64,000 nt of DNA from Phoronis australis (lineage: Eukaryota; Animalia; Phoronida). Shown here piece by piece: positions 1-12,900 of this stretch. The position numbers and the translations under genes are program-made. The DNA lies in assembly GCA_002633005.1 (NCBI GenBank), contig NMRA01000154.1:688948-752947 (forward strand). Direction: 5' to 3'. The notes beneath the pieces are model-generated. The model did not search any database and had not been told where the DNA came from. It saw only the letters and a program-made list of their open reading frames with translations. Position 1 is the first letter of the stretch; the number at the start of each line of letters is the position of its first letter.

Positions 1-236
1 GCAGAATACTCGCCGATGGAAAGTGGTGGCGACAATTGTTGAAAAACAGCACTAAACAAAAGTAGAATAGAACAGATTCGCACGGTAAAGTCAACGTAAA
101 ACAAAGTGGCGGGAAACGCTTGCCTCCTAAAACGTCACTTCCGGAGTAGCGGACGAGTAACTTATAAAATTACGAAAAGCTGTAATTAAGTGGAAAATAT
201 GTCTAGGATAACCAACCAACCTTATTTTAGCTCAAA

Positions 237-1810
237 ATGACATGGAAAAAGGTTGCCTTCGCCTTTAAAACCTTAGATTTGTCCATCGAGGATTTGCCAG
301 CCAGTCGTGCTTTGGGGGTTATATGGTCCGTTGAGGATGACGTGTTTACTTTCAGGACTCGTATGAAAGACTTCTCCTTCACCAGACGCGATATTCTGTC
401 TATGGTATCGTCATTTTACGACCTCTTGGTTTCGCCGCACCGGCAGCGCTTCCGGCCAGACGTTACGTTCAACAGCTTTGCTGCAGCGCAGTTGTATGGG
501 ATTACGAAATTCCGAGCGACTTCCGATCGAAATTCATCGAATGGCAACGACAGATTTCCTTGCTTTAATCATTTGTTGTCGACCGGTGCCTCAACTGAAG
601 CCTGTTGATTTCGGGGATGTGAAACTTCGACAACTACACTGTTTCGCAGATGTCAGCTCTTATGCATACGGCTGTGTGGTCTCAAATTGCGACAGGTTGA
701 CGACTCAGAACGTATACATTGTTCCTTCCTGATGGCGAAGTCAAGACTCGCACTGCTTTAGCCCATCACCGTTTCCAGGCTGGAGCTTACCGCTGCAACA
801 GTTGCCGCACGTACTGGCAGAATGATGGAAAATAAGTTAGAGTTTCCTGTTGACGGTGTCATATTTTGGACCGACAGCATGACAGTGTTGTGCTACATTA
901 ACAACGATGCCAGACAATTCAAAGTGTTTGTAGCCAACAGAATCAGACAGATTCGTGACAAGTCGCTCCCCAGTCAATGGTGATTCGTGAAAACATCCGA
1001 AAACCCACCAGACGTAGCATCACGAAGTACGAGTGCTGAGAACCTGCTGATAAACACGTGCTGGTTGAGCGGACCCGAATTCTTGTGGAAGACGGAAGGC
1101 AACGCAGGCCATCGTCACAAGTTTCCCCGATACTGACCCTGAAGTCAAATTCGACTCGTACGATACGTGTACTGACTCTCCTGAAGATCCGCTAACTGTT
1201 TTAATCCAACATTACTCAAGCTGGTATAAGCTGACACGCGGATGTGCGTGGTTGTTGCACTTCAAGGATTTATTGCGTAGGTGGGCTGCAGATAGAAAGG
1301 TTGTCGAGGCTGAAATTGCCACGGATGTACATGAGCCGCAAAACACATTTGATTGCCAGAACGCTCAACTGACCGTTGATCATCTTAACGTTGCAAAAAA
1401 CGTGATCATCAAAAGTGTTCAGCGACAAGAATTTTCATCAGATATTTCAGTACTGAAGAACGGTGGGAAACTTTCAAGAGCAAGCCCTGTCTTATCCCTC
1501 AATTCTGCGTTTGATGTTAACGGCGTTCTGGTCGTTGAAGGGAGGTTGAAGCGTGCTGAGATACCGTTTACGGAACGTCACCCAACTGCTTTTGGAACCG
1601 ATGGCGAAAGGAATATTTAGTCACTCTACAAGAACGCTCAAAGTGGAAACGTGCTCACAGAAATTTATCGGTCAACTACCTTGTGCTAATTGTTGACGAT
1701 AACGTTCCCCGGAATTTTTGGAAGATGGCTCGTGTGGTGGAGCTGTTTCCTGGCAGTTTACGTCTCTCATTAGACCCATAACTAAGCTTGTCTTACTTTT
1801 GTCAGGTGTT
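237..1810 (+). mobile_element. Decayed BEL/Pao LTR retrotransposon pol remnant (RT C-end, RNase H/Peptidase_A17 region, DUF5641-like C-terminus); frameshifts, stops, integrase deleted
   Basis: Translated fragments across frames: [156 protein letters not shown]. These are characteristic BEL/Pao motifs. Confidence 0.92.
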
Positions 1811-1880
1811 TGATTTCTGATTTATTGATTCAGTTACTTGATGTGTAAACTTTGTAGGTTGTTAATGCACTATTTTATTT

Positions 1881-2330
1881 TGTAGTGGGTAATGTTACGT
1901 ATACTACGTATGTGAATTGGCTAAAGCTTCTTATATAACCGACGCTCCGGTACTGTCCGGCCTTCTTGACATAAACCGCTATACTGGTAACGCTTACAAC
2001 GCTAACGATGTTTTCATGGAGCCTAGAGCCTATATCATTGTACGTTTTTACTATTTTTCTCATATTACCGTAGAGTTCACTGGTTGTTTCTCGTATTGTG
2101 TAAGACTGTTTAGCACACGCTAAATTACCGCATATCTTCATTGCATTGTAACGTGAACGCTGTATTTCCCAAGACTTATTATTCGTTATATTTGTTTCAG
2201 TGAAACCGGCCTCGTCGTACAGTAAACATTCAACGTCAACTTTGTTGTGAATAAACGTATCATATCCGTGTGTTCAATGCCCATGGCTCCTACGAATCAT
2301 ATCAATAGTGAATACATTAGCACCCTTACA
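1881..2330 (+). repeat. Putative 3' LTR of the BEL/Pao element
   Basis: Follows the pol end. Starts TGTAGTGGGTAATGT and ends ACATTAGCACCCTTACA (TG..CA with imperfect terminal inverted repeats), with an internal AATAAA near 2250. No clear polypurine tract upstream. Confidence 0.45.
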
Positions 2331-2974
2331 CCCCAAATCTTCCGAAAAGTAGCTGTTACACTACGGTCACGCATCCACTCACCCGGCGACTCAATGAGTG
2401 ACATATCGGTCTTACCGAAAAATTCTCGAACGTCTTTTAGAGGTCACATTTGGAAAAAAGATAAATGATTTTATGGGATTTTCGAACTATTGAAAAGAAA
2501 TATTTGGTGAAAATTGTCTACATAATAGGTAAAACCAAAATTGTTAATAACATGGGAGACTGCTCAATTGTAAGAGGTAACGATGTCATAACCAGTATTG
2601 ATAACGAACATAAAATGTTCTAGGTGCCATAGTTTGTTTTTGCATCCTCCAGGCTGTGATTGGCTGGAATTCATAGCTTGATTGACATGATAATACTATC
2701 CAGTTGTAGAAAGTCAGTGGTTAAGTAACAAAGTCTTATCACGCCGCCTTATTAACATACCCTTCTCAATTAGCCAAGTCAAAATCGGTCTTCGTGCATT
2801 GCCGTAAACATTAATTACGTTACCGTTGTAAAGGGCTTTGGTCAATAAAGATATTTTTAAAAGAATACTAAACCCTGTTCTGGTGAATTCAACCAATTCT
2901 CATTTGCTAATGTATCGTCTGCGACCCACTTGTGTGATAAAAGTAGCACTTAACTAAAACTTATGCTTTCTGTG

Positions 2975-3200
2975 TCACAGATTGGATATTGTGATTCTTC
3001 GCGAGTGGACTTTCCCTACAGTTGTGTATATCACCTAACGCGTAGGTCACGATTGCCCGTTTAGCAAACTTTGTAAGGAGCTTTTAAGTTTGTTTCAAAC
3101 TTTTGAGGATTGTGGGGGGTTACATAGAATTATTTTGATTCAAAGAACTGGATGAGAAATTCGTTTTTAATATCTGTTACTGGGCCAAAATGAGGTTCGG
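2975..3200. repeat. Dispersed repeat, second copy at ~15875-16100
   Basis: TTGGATATT...TCACG(A/C)TTGCCCGTTTAGCA...AAGGAG...AAAC..TT..GG.TTGT shared between both loci. Confidence 0.6.
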
Positions 3201-4017
3201 TATTCTTTTAAGTGTTTAGCATTTTTCTATCAAAAAGAAAAAGAAAAAAATTCAAATGTTTTGAGCTAGTTGCGCAATGAAAACCACTGGGGTTGATTCG
3301 CTGTTGCAGTAACCTGTTCTCAAGTATTGTGACAATCATATCTCTTTCAGACTGACGATATCTTTTTGCCTTTTTTCGTGAATGTCGTCATTTTAGACAC
3401 ATATCAAAGAATCATGCTTGGTAAATTTGTTCAGTTTTGTAGCTGTTTTAATGTTACACAGGTGGTATTGCACATGCAGCGGTGTACATGCATCGGTACA
3501 TATGCATCGTTGCACCTGAAGCAGTGTACATGCAGTGGAGCACATGCAATGGTGCCCCTGCTTACCAATATATGGTATGAATCACAATCAATTCCACACT
3601 TTTTAGCCCCGCATTTCCCCCCCCCCCACTGTCTGCCGCATGTTTAAGCTACACCTTCAGCGTGTACTGTGCAACATCTGCACGCGCTAATTGCAAACAC
3701 CACCTAAATACTCCTCAGTGTACCTACAAATGCTACCTTCTTTAACGCGTTGCATTAGCTGTATACAAGCGGAGATTTTTAAAATGCAAGACCAGCAAGA
3801 CTTTGTTCACTTTCTTACCAGATATACTGACCAAAACTGAGTTAATAAAATTGATTCTAACCTGTCGCAACAATGTAGAGACTAAGCTTCAACTGACAAG
3901 CCATGGGGTTTGTCAAAAAGAAAGCTATGGTTGTGGACTACCATCCTCTCATCCATGTATCCATACAACGGAAGATGATTTACTTGCAAAAATATCATGG
4001 CTGTTATAGTGTGACGT

Positions 4018-4288
4018 CAGTGGCGGATCTAGGATACCATAAGGGGGGTCCAACATGTTGCCTGTGGGAATTGGGCAAAGTGGGATTGTATGTGCAGCAC
4101 AGGCGGAAGATTGCGGCGGCCGGAATGTTTGGAAAACCTATCGGTGGACTAAAAAATAAAAAAACGGGAACGCGACCTAGGGTCTGAGCCCCCCTTTTAC
4201 CTCTCCACGTTGTTGCTGTTTCATTTTGCTTGCGACAGCCAAGGCGGGAGGGGGCGGGCCCCCTGACCCCAACCTAAATCCGCCTATG
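4018..4288. mobile_element. MITE, CAGTGGCGGAT-type TIRs, 5-bp TSD GACGT
   Basis: CAGTGGCGGATCTAGG ... CCTAAATCCGCCTATG flanked by GACGT at 4013-4017 and 4289-4293. Confidence 0.75.
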
Positions 4289-4639
4289 GACGTACACCGC
4301 AACTCAGTGAATACTATGTCTACTAGTGTTAAAGGCAAAGCTTAACGCCTCTACAGTGCGAACAAACAAAAAGCAAGCAAGAAAACTTCATGACTCACCA
4401 ACATACATGTAGCTGGTGAAATTCTGTTCTATCATGTTATGATTTTGTCAGTCAAAACACAGAATCCCTTAGGAATTCAAAAGTATTCTGTGCTTTGAAA
4501 ACGGCGTATTCTACAGCACAAGTCAGCAATATTTCCCAACCAGTCGGAAACTAGTCGGCGACAGGTCGCCGATCAGTCGGGAAAATTAAAGCACCTTTAA
4601 TCACATTTTCAATTGGTCGCCGGTCGGTGGACAAAGGTT

Positions 4640-5070
4640 CTTCCAAATGAACTCTAACAATTTTTATCTCAGACTTACCGTTTTCGAGTTATTTGACTTT
4701 GAATTTCTTAAAAAACGCAAAATTTCATTTTTCGAAAAATTTACAGAAGTGCGTGATAATATAAATTTAGATAGAGTTTTGAACGGACTTTCAGATAATA
4801 TCTTTCATTTTTCGCTAGGACCTCTATTTTTTTAATTATTCGAGATTTTCTGATAGCGTTGTTCCTTTGTCGAGCGCTCTTACTGCATTGATGTTGGTTT
4901 AGCTTCTATTGAACAAGACTGTAGCCTATTTCTTGCTGATTTATGACATCTAAGTGCGTCATATGAATGTTATGATGTTGTGCAGCATCATCACCATCGT
5001 CATCATATTCGTCATCTTCGTCATCATCTCCGTCGTCGTCTTTTCAGTTAATTTCGCCAAGTATCGCTCA
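4640..5070. repeat. Dispersed repeat with (CAT/CGT)n tract; related copy at ~54350-54745
   Basis: Shared CATTTTTCGCTAGGAC..CTATTTTT..AATTATTCGAGA...GAACAAGACTGTA.CCTATTTCTT.CTGA.TTATGACATC...CCAAGT.TCGCTC. Confidence 0.75.
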
Positions 5071-6655
5071 AGACTGTAGCCTATACTTACTGATGTCTGG
5101 CCTCTACGTTCGTCTTGTGAATGTTATCATTACTTGAATTGTTCATCTTCGGATTTTCGCTGGCTCCGAAATACTTCGAACACTTATTTTTTCATCGTCA
5201 CCTTTGCAAATTCCCACATTGTGAACGTAGGATACTTTGCTTAAAAGCATTGCCTAATGTCTTTGTCGAAGCGTTTTCGAATACTGCAAAAAACACTCAT
5301 CAATTCCACCAGGAACGTCTATTTGCCTCTGACATCTTGTTGATTGTCGGGTGTCGCGTGACTTTTCGTAAGGGGGCGGAGCTTGCGATACGTCAATTAT
5401 AACGTTAATAATTAACCAATCAACAGGTGAACAAAACCTAACCCAAGTTAATTGGTTTATTCAAACCGGGCCAGCGGATTATCTGCTGAAGACGCTACAG
5501 TGACAGTAAAGGCCAGTACAGATGAGTGACGTAAAAGGTCGGCAAGTAGAGTACCCGGTAACACCTGGGGTAAAAATACATTGCCAGGCAGGATACAAAA
5601 ACTGCCAACTAACTTACTCTCAAACTTCGAACTGGGATACAGAGTTCCTACTGACTTCATCAACAGGACACACACACAGCCGTCTTACAACATCACCCAC
5701 TGCAAACTGAGTAGGTGTCGTCACGTTACGCAGTGCCAACTGACGAAAGCAGTCACGAAGGAGCAGCCAACTGACAAACATCAGGATGCTCACAGTGTCA
5801 GTTGACCACATCACCGGAAACACAGTGTCACCTGAAGATGTGTTGATTATCAACTAACTACGTAACCAGGATATTCACTGTCACCTGATTGGTTATATAA
5901 CATACGAGCAGTGAGAAATACTGAATCATGGACAAATACCCTGGTTGGTAAAACAATTGCCTCACGTGACCTGTCAATCACTGAATGGTACCAGACCAAA
6001 AGCAGGGCTTGTGTTAACTGCCTTAACTATTAAAAATATCAATTTACATGTGACACATCGTGGACCTCTTGGCTCAAAGGGCAGCTCCTTAATATCACAG
6101 TGTTGTACAAAAAGTGCTAAAAAGTTTAGTTACTGTACTTCACATGCGCGCTTCCAGCCTAAAATATAGGGGGGACTGAATTTCTCACAGGTTAACGCGA
6201 CACCTCTCGGCGAGGTAAGATCGACCGTACACGAGGTGATGCGGATATAGACCGATTAAGACGGTAAAAAGACTAATTAAATCGGGTGGCATTCTCCTTT
6301 AAGAAGTGCATTGGACTTTTTCTATACAAAATATTTGCTGAAAAGTAATACTTAACAGTGCTATCTAGTTATTCTTAGGTTTCAGCTTGTTAAAAATAAG
6401 ACAGTTTGTCCACGTATGCAAAGCTATCGTTAGTTTGTAGAAAATTATAGAAAAACTTCCTAATTTGGTTTTCATAGTTCAAAGTAACAAGAGATCTGAG
6501 GTGAACACATGACATATTGCTGTTCTGCTAGAATCCGGAAGAGATGGTTATCTAGAATCTATGTGTTACATGTGGTTCTGATGTGACCTTCTATGCTATG
6601 TTTTCTGTTAAAATAGCTGATTCCGGGCATTTTTAATTAGTAGAACAACCCGTGA

Positions 6656-6889
6656 CAGAGGCGGATCCACGGAGGGTTTTCAAGGGGACAGGGTCGAAAA
6701 TAAAAATTTAAAAAATGTGGCCAGGAAAACGAAATCATGTACTAAAACCCCCAAAAAATCTTACATGGGAGGAGGGAAACACCCTCCAGACCTTCCTTCC
6801 GCTCGGCGCTACGCGCCTCGGATTCGCGCGAATCCTAACCCCCCCCCCCACCACCACCCCCCAATACTGAAAACGCATATCTGCCACTG
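6656..6889. mobile_element. MITE, CAG(A/T)GGCGGAT TIR family
   Basis: CAGAGGCGGATCC ... CATATCTGCCACTG; flanks CGTGA/GGTGA (4 of 5 TSD match). Confidence 0.6.
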
Positions 6890-7712
6890 GGTGACTTGTT
6901 TTATTAAGCATTTTTTGTCACAGTTCCACTGACTGTAGTCGCTCTTGTCATTTTTAGTGTCTGGGTGGCTTATTTGAGATGATTTCACACCAAATGATCG
7001 TAAGAACCTTGATCTCGCAATCTCGTTAAGCAAGATTGTTGTTTTCGCTGAGCTTCGAGGAGAGTGGACTAGCGTTTAGAAATGAGAGGGATCTGGGAGT
7101 GAGTGACGACTGTCAAAGAAACGGGGTGTTCTGAAACTCGAAAAAACATCAATAAATATCCGTAATTGTACCTGCGTGAACAGTGGTGCAACTCTATTTC
7201 AGCTGAATAGAAAGCGAATCACTAACAGGAACCAACATATGATGATTGGTAGCTCTACATTATATCTATAATCACGTTCCTAATTTTAATGTAATTTAAT
7301 GTCTGCCTTCACACTGCAAGACAGCACCAGCCTGTGTCTTGGATCAAAACATGAATGCCGTAAGACGATGCTGAACCTTGCTGCACAAACAGGCCGCTTT
7401 CCTTTTTGAAGTCTCGCTTCTCACCTTTAGTGTTATATGAATCAGAACCAACAACAGCGACGTGACCCAGATAATAAGTCTGCACAAGCATATGACGAAT
7501 CCTAATTTAAAAAGCAAGTAAGTAAAATGGGTTTTATTGCGAGGATGCTTAGTACATGTAACGTTTTACACTCTGTCTCACACTTTATATATAAGATAGC
7601 CAAGTTTACTTACAAGTTTCGAATTTGTATTGTACGCAAAAACAGTTTTCCTAAATGCCAACAGGTGTCATTCTCGTTCTCATCCATACGGGTCTTCACA
7701 ATGATCTATATT

Positions 7713-8081
7713 CACGGGTGAGAAACAACATCATAGACCGCCGGTCCTCTTAAATCGGACCGCCTCACCCAAAACAGGACCTCCGGAGATCAAATGGGAC
7801 CGTCGCACCAGAAAATGGGACTGACGCACCTAAAAACATGACCGCCCCTCCAGAAAACAGGACCGCCGGGGACTGAACATGAACGCCGGGGATTGAAACC
7901 GCATACTGTCCGGCGGTCATGTTCAGTCCCCGGCGGTCCTGTTTTGTGGTGGGGCGGTCATGTTTTTAGGTGCGTCAGTCCCATTTTCTGGTGCGACGGT
8001 CCCATTTGATCCCCGGAGATCCTGTTTTGGGTGAGTCAGTCCGATTTAGAGGACCGGCGGTCATGTTGTTTCTCACCCGTG
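7713..8081. mobile_element. Foldback (near fully palindromic) non-autonomous DNA transposon, CAC...GTG ends, 5-bp TSD ATATT
   Basis: ~175-bp arms are reverse complements (CACGGGTGAGAAACAACAT...ATGTTGTTTCTCACCCGTG) with internal GGACCGCC subrepeats; ATATT at 7708-7712 and 8082-8086. Confidence 0.85.
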
Positions 8082-8150
8082 ATATTTATATCATTGTATT
8101 ATCCGATCTTCGAATAAGTGTGCGGATTTCAAGAGATTGTTTTGTATTTC

Positions 8151-8332
8151 CATGCGCGCACCCGGGGAAGGGGCTCGCGAGACAAAAGCCCACTAAAAAG
8201 GCAGAATCTACTAGAACTCGGCGAATGCACAAATGACAGCTCTGAACATATCCCGCGAATCTTTTTTTCAGTTAGTAAAAGGTACACATTCTCAAAAATT
8301 TGAGCCCCCCATTTTAGGCTTGTTGCGCGCTC
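8151..8332. mobile_element. MITE, CATGCGCGCACCC TIR family (degenerate)
   Basis: CATGCGCGCACCCGGGG ... CCCCCATTTTAGGCTTGTTGCGCGC, same family as 27407, 27758, 33099, 43519. Confidence 0.55.
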
Positions 8333-9529
8333 AATTTTTAATCAAACGTGTTTGAAAAGTCAACATCCTAGCGTACATACCCAGCATAGGCTTGCATGAA
8401 GAGATGATCTCATGCAGAGGGTCAATCGGTGTATTTCGATTAAAAAGTACACATAGTTCATTACACTCTTAATTCAATTTTGAATCGCTTGTAGAAGAGC
8501 ATTAGCTCAAATATTGAAGTTTGAATTATTTTGAATTGTTATCTTAGCCACGCACCACCTTAGTTTGGCACTTTTGTCGAGCCTGTGATGTGTGTGAACT
8601 CGGAATTCCGCTTGCTTTCAAGATCGCCTGAGAGAAGAATGGTTCACTCACATTCACGTTGATAGAAAAATACAACTGCTCTCAAAGAAATCAGCGTTAA
8701 TAAAACAATGAAAATTTGAATCAACATCTCTTGGCTTTTTCAATTGTTGGCGATCTCATTCACCAAATAATAATTGATTAATCGTTCACCGTGACACATT
8801 CCTCCCATGCTGTGACACAAGTTCCGGAAAAGGAGAAAATGAAGGATGTGCGGCCAATAATTACATAAATTCTTTACACCGAACAACAAATGTTAAATGA
8901 TTGCTTGAATGCATGTTTAGTTTCCAAGTTTACGCATATGCGATTCTCAGATTAATCGTAATTCCAAGTTGCCGAGCACAATATCCGGACACAACCATAC
9001 TTGGCCATGCTTTAGACAGAGCTTAGAAATGTGGGCCAAACCCATCAGGTTCGTGCTGATTGATCAGAGTTTTGCTTGTATTTAAATGTGGCACACGCGG
9101 TCTCATGGTAGTCCAGTTGCAGAATCCAATGAGACAACATGAGCGCTCACCGGTTTTCTGAATCTCTAAGCTATCTCCGTGCTACACCGGGGCTTTGCAC
9201 CCAGGCTTGCCCACGAAGTTGTCTAACTTTAATCAGGCTTGTTCGAGGTTGTTGGGACATCGCCCTTTTCCCCAACCTTGAATTCCCTTGCTCCGTACCG
9301 ACCATTGCTTGGAAAGTTTGAACAAGATTGATACACAACGGTTGTCAATTAGTTGTGTAAAACAAACTTGTCAAAAGTATCAATAAGCTTGTTGCGACAG
9401 CCACCTTCAACGTTGACGTCCAAGCTTCAAGACCCTTGCCGTCTTGGTAATCGTTGCTCTCCGAGATCGCCGGAATGAGTTATTAAAACAACATTTAAGA
9501 CTGAAAGTCGATATAAGTGTACGTTGATG

Positions 9530-9735
9530 TTTGTCATTGAATGTTCAATTCTAAGTGTGTAGTGGCGTTGGTCAGTGTAGGCCTACTGTGGTGTTTGCCA
9601 TTAAATAATCAATCCTTATTGTACAGTGGTGCTGGTCACTGAATGTTCAATCCTAAGTGTACCGTGGTGTTTTTCATTGAATGTTCAATCAAAAAGATAA
9701 GTGCACTGTAACTGGCCTTTGGTCATTGAATAGTG
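9530..9735. repeat. Imperfect minisatellite (GTCATTGAATGTTCAATCCTAAGTGTAC..TGGTG core)
   Basis: About 4-5 diverged copies visible. Confidence 0.55.
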
Positions 9736-9798
9736 CATAGGTACCGGCATTCAATCACGTTGATTAAAACACACTGTTGTCACACGATTCGCACTCGG

Positions 9799-9804
9799 TT
9801 TATT
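9799..9804 (-). promoter_or_regulatory. Candidate poly(A) signal of gene A
   Basis: AATAAA on minus strand ~130 nt downstream of the stop at 9931-9933. Confidence 0.4.
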
Positions 9805-9930
9805 AGCAGCTTATAGTGAGATTTTGCGACAAATGCTCATCGCTCTCTACGTGTTAACAGACTTGACAATATAGCTTGCATCTCTATTTGCCAACGACCA
9901 GTTTTCTCTTAAGTTTATACGGTTTGTGGG

Positions 9931-12900
9931 CTAGTTGTTGCATTTCAGTGGTCCGAGAACAATACTTGAAAAAGATCCGGGTGGATCGGAGCTGCCGTAC
10001 ACCGCCGTCACGGGAAGGTCGTTCTTTGTGGTCAGATCTCCTTCATCATACGAAAGGTCCTCAGCAATGTCACAGTTGCAAGCTGTAAAATACATAACAC
10101 ATATTTGATAGGAGTTAACAAGTTAAAATAATCGTTCCGCCTTCTTTATTAACTCACTTTAGCCCTAGTTCAATACAGCCCTAGTTACCATTTGATACCG
10201 ATCACGGTGGTATTTGTTCGGGGGGGGGGAGGATTTCGCCGCTGTTTAGCTGTCAACGTTTGAATTATGAACTGAAACACATTGTCATTTTAAAGACAAT
10301 CACATTCATCCGACTTTGAATCAGTTCAGCACACTTTTAATTCGCTATTTCAGTGTTTTTAGTCGCTGGTGGCTTCGATGTTCTTGTAGGCAACAAAAAG
10401 CAAGTCCTATCACAGAGTGTTAGGAATATCACGAGTAAGATTTTATGAGCTTAAATGGCAGCTATATACTGAAGAAACGCAGTTTTAGCATCCGTCACTT
10501 GTAGCAAAGACACTGGCCAAATTATTTGAAGCGTTAACTTGTTTACATGCTCGCATGTCAGTTATTTCTTTGAGATATCAGACCATATGTGTACGGCACA
10601 AATAAGTAGCTCATTGACGCTAACTGAGAACTATCTGACCACTCCACGCCACCATCTGGACACGGTGAGATACGTAAGACACTCCGAACTATCTGACCAC
10701 TAAACGCCACCATCTGGACACGGCGAGATACGTAAGACTCTCGGAACTATCTGACCACTCCACGCCATCATCCGGCGAGATACATATAAGACTAGTCTCC
10801 TGCACTCTCCGAGCTATCTGACCATTCCACATAGCCCTCCATGCATAGCGAGGAACCCAAGACGCTCCGCATGGATTCCAGTGGGGTATGTCAGTTCAGA
10901 TTATTAGGGTAACACTATGGAACGGGAGATCTCGGTCTGATAATACACTGCACGGTATGAATAGTATAATCACGTGATTGTTAACTGTACAAATCCAGCG
11001 ACTAGGGCTAAAAACCGTTAATGCTTAGACGTTTCTCCTGAAAAGGTTTTAAAATGGGCCATGTTCAAGCTCTCTTTTAATATGTATTAACACGGGGCAC
11101 ATTTCCAGCTCTTGGTAGAAATATGGGTAGCATTTTTTGAGTTTGGCTAGGTTAATCTATCGATCGCCTCAGATTTTGAGACTCAGTTACACCCCTACGC
11201 TGCCCCCATGAATCGTTTCGGGGTCGGGTATTGAGCTCCTCAGTAACATTTGGTGTCTTAAAGCCGAATTACTTTCTTGAACAAGTTTATGGCCAATTTC
11301 GCATATTTCCATCACTAAAATGCATACTTTGGAAGTTAAATTCCATTTGTTACACAGATGTTTGCCACGCCCCTACATTTTTTGTAAAAATTGAAAAAAG
11401 GAAAACGGAAGTGTCATACAGTGATCAAGTTTCGAAAATTTCAGTCTGTCTTAAAAAGCCGAGTAGGGTCTATGGCCGAAAGAAACGAAGGCCATCGATA
11501 CGGCACCAAACAGTAATACAATGCAAAGGTTTAGCTGCAAACTCCCACGTGTATTCGTCGGCACGCAACTAGTTGCACTTGTCCTTTTCTGTCTTTCAAT
11601 GCTCAGTCAAACCTGAGCTAGTTGTACTTTCTTAAAGAAATGATTTGAACAAAATGTAGGAAAAGAAATCTCTCCACCTACTTGGACAAGTAAATTGTGC
11701 CTTGCATGCGCAGTGGCCGTCTGTTGGATTGGACCCTCCCCAGTAGTTCATTTGGTCACCTTTGCGGTCGACAAGATAGGTAAGCCACGAGCCTTGCGGA
11801 GTCGTTGTCGCCGAACCATTGCAGTTCTTTCGCACGAACTGTGAACAACCTGAAGAGCTATTGATGACAGCAATCATCATCTCCATGGTGACTGAGTTGT
11901 TGTAGGTAGGTGCAAAAATCAAACTCGTCCCGTTCTGCACAACGTACTTATACGCCATTTCCTGTGAAGCAAATTCAAGTTTAAAAGTATACACTCTTTC
12001 ATTTGTTTTCACAGCCTTAGAAAGTAGAACAAGTCTCACCAATCTGTAGGTATCAGTAAAATATGTTTAATAACGTTTTTTACAGTCAATTTCATTCTGT
12101 CATTCAACTGGATGGCTACTTTGTTGGACCACCGGAAATCTAATGAATAAAAAAATTCATTATTCATAAACTTCTGTTAAATTTGAAAACATCTGATGAC
12201 ATTGTTTAGGGATTAATTATGACTAAAATTGCTTGCATTAAAGATTGTTAAAGAAGTTTTTAACTTTATATGTGAAGCAAAAAAATTAACAATAACAATG
12301 CAAACATAAACTGCAGACATATTAGCCAATATCTACACAATTCATACTTTGACTGCTAAATGAAGGCTTTAACTTACATAGTCATGGCCAAAGAGTGCTT
12401 GCGGCGGATCCGTGGCCATGTCACAACTGACCAGAAAAGGGCTCAGGTATCCCGTCATCCCATCAGGGTCAATATAATATTGACCACTAGGGTAGTTGTT
12501 GGTCGCGTACATGGAACAGTCTGAAAAATGAGGTCACCATTTGCCGTAAACACGTCATGAAAAGAATGATAATCGATTATTGAGTTTTTGTATTGTGTTG
12601 GACTGTATGTTTTATTTTTACACAAAATGGCAACGTGCACAACAAGAGAACAATTCCAAACTTTACGTAGATTACTTAATATGACACATGAAAAAGAATG
12701 CTCTCTAATGCCACCTCTCTGTAGGCCTATACAAATATCTATTTAGTTTTAAATCAGTGAAGCGAACGAGCGGCGTCTTTAATTTGTCTCTCACTAGTTA
12801 CCGAACTGACGTCACCTGGGAGTAGTTAAAAAAAAATTCACTTTGAGCGTGCAAGTCCACCTTCCAACTATTTATTAATATCGCTAACCGTTTGAGGTCT

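Noticed and set aside
7424-7501. Isolated AG..GT-bounded hydrophobic segment on the minus strand
   Set aside because: No partner exons or homology found; could be chance.
9340-9500. Possible alternative TM/GPI terminal exon for gene A (LKVAVATSLLILLTSLF on minus strand)
   Set aside because: In-frame stops lie between the nearest acceptor and this frame, and gene A already has a stop and poly(A) signal.
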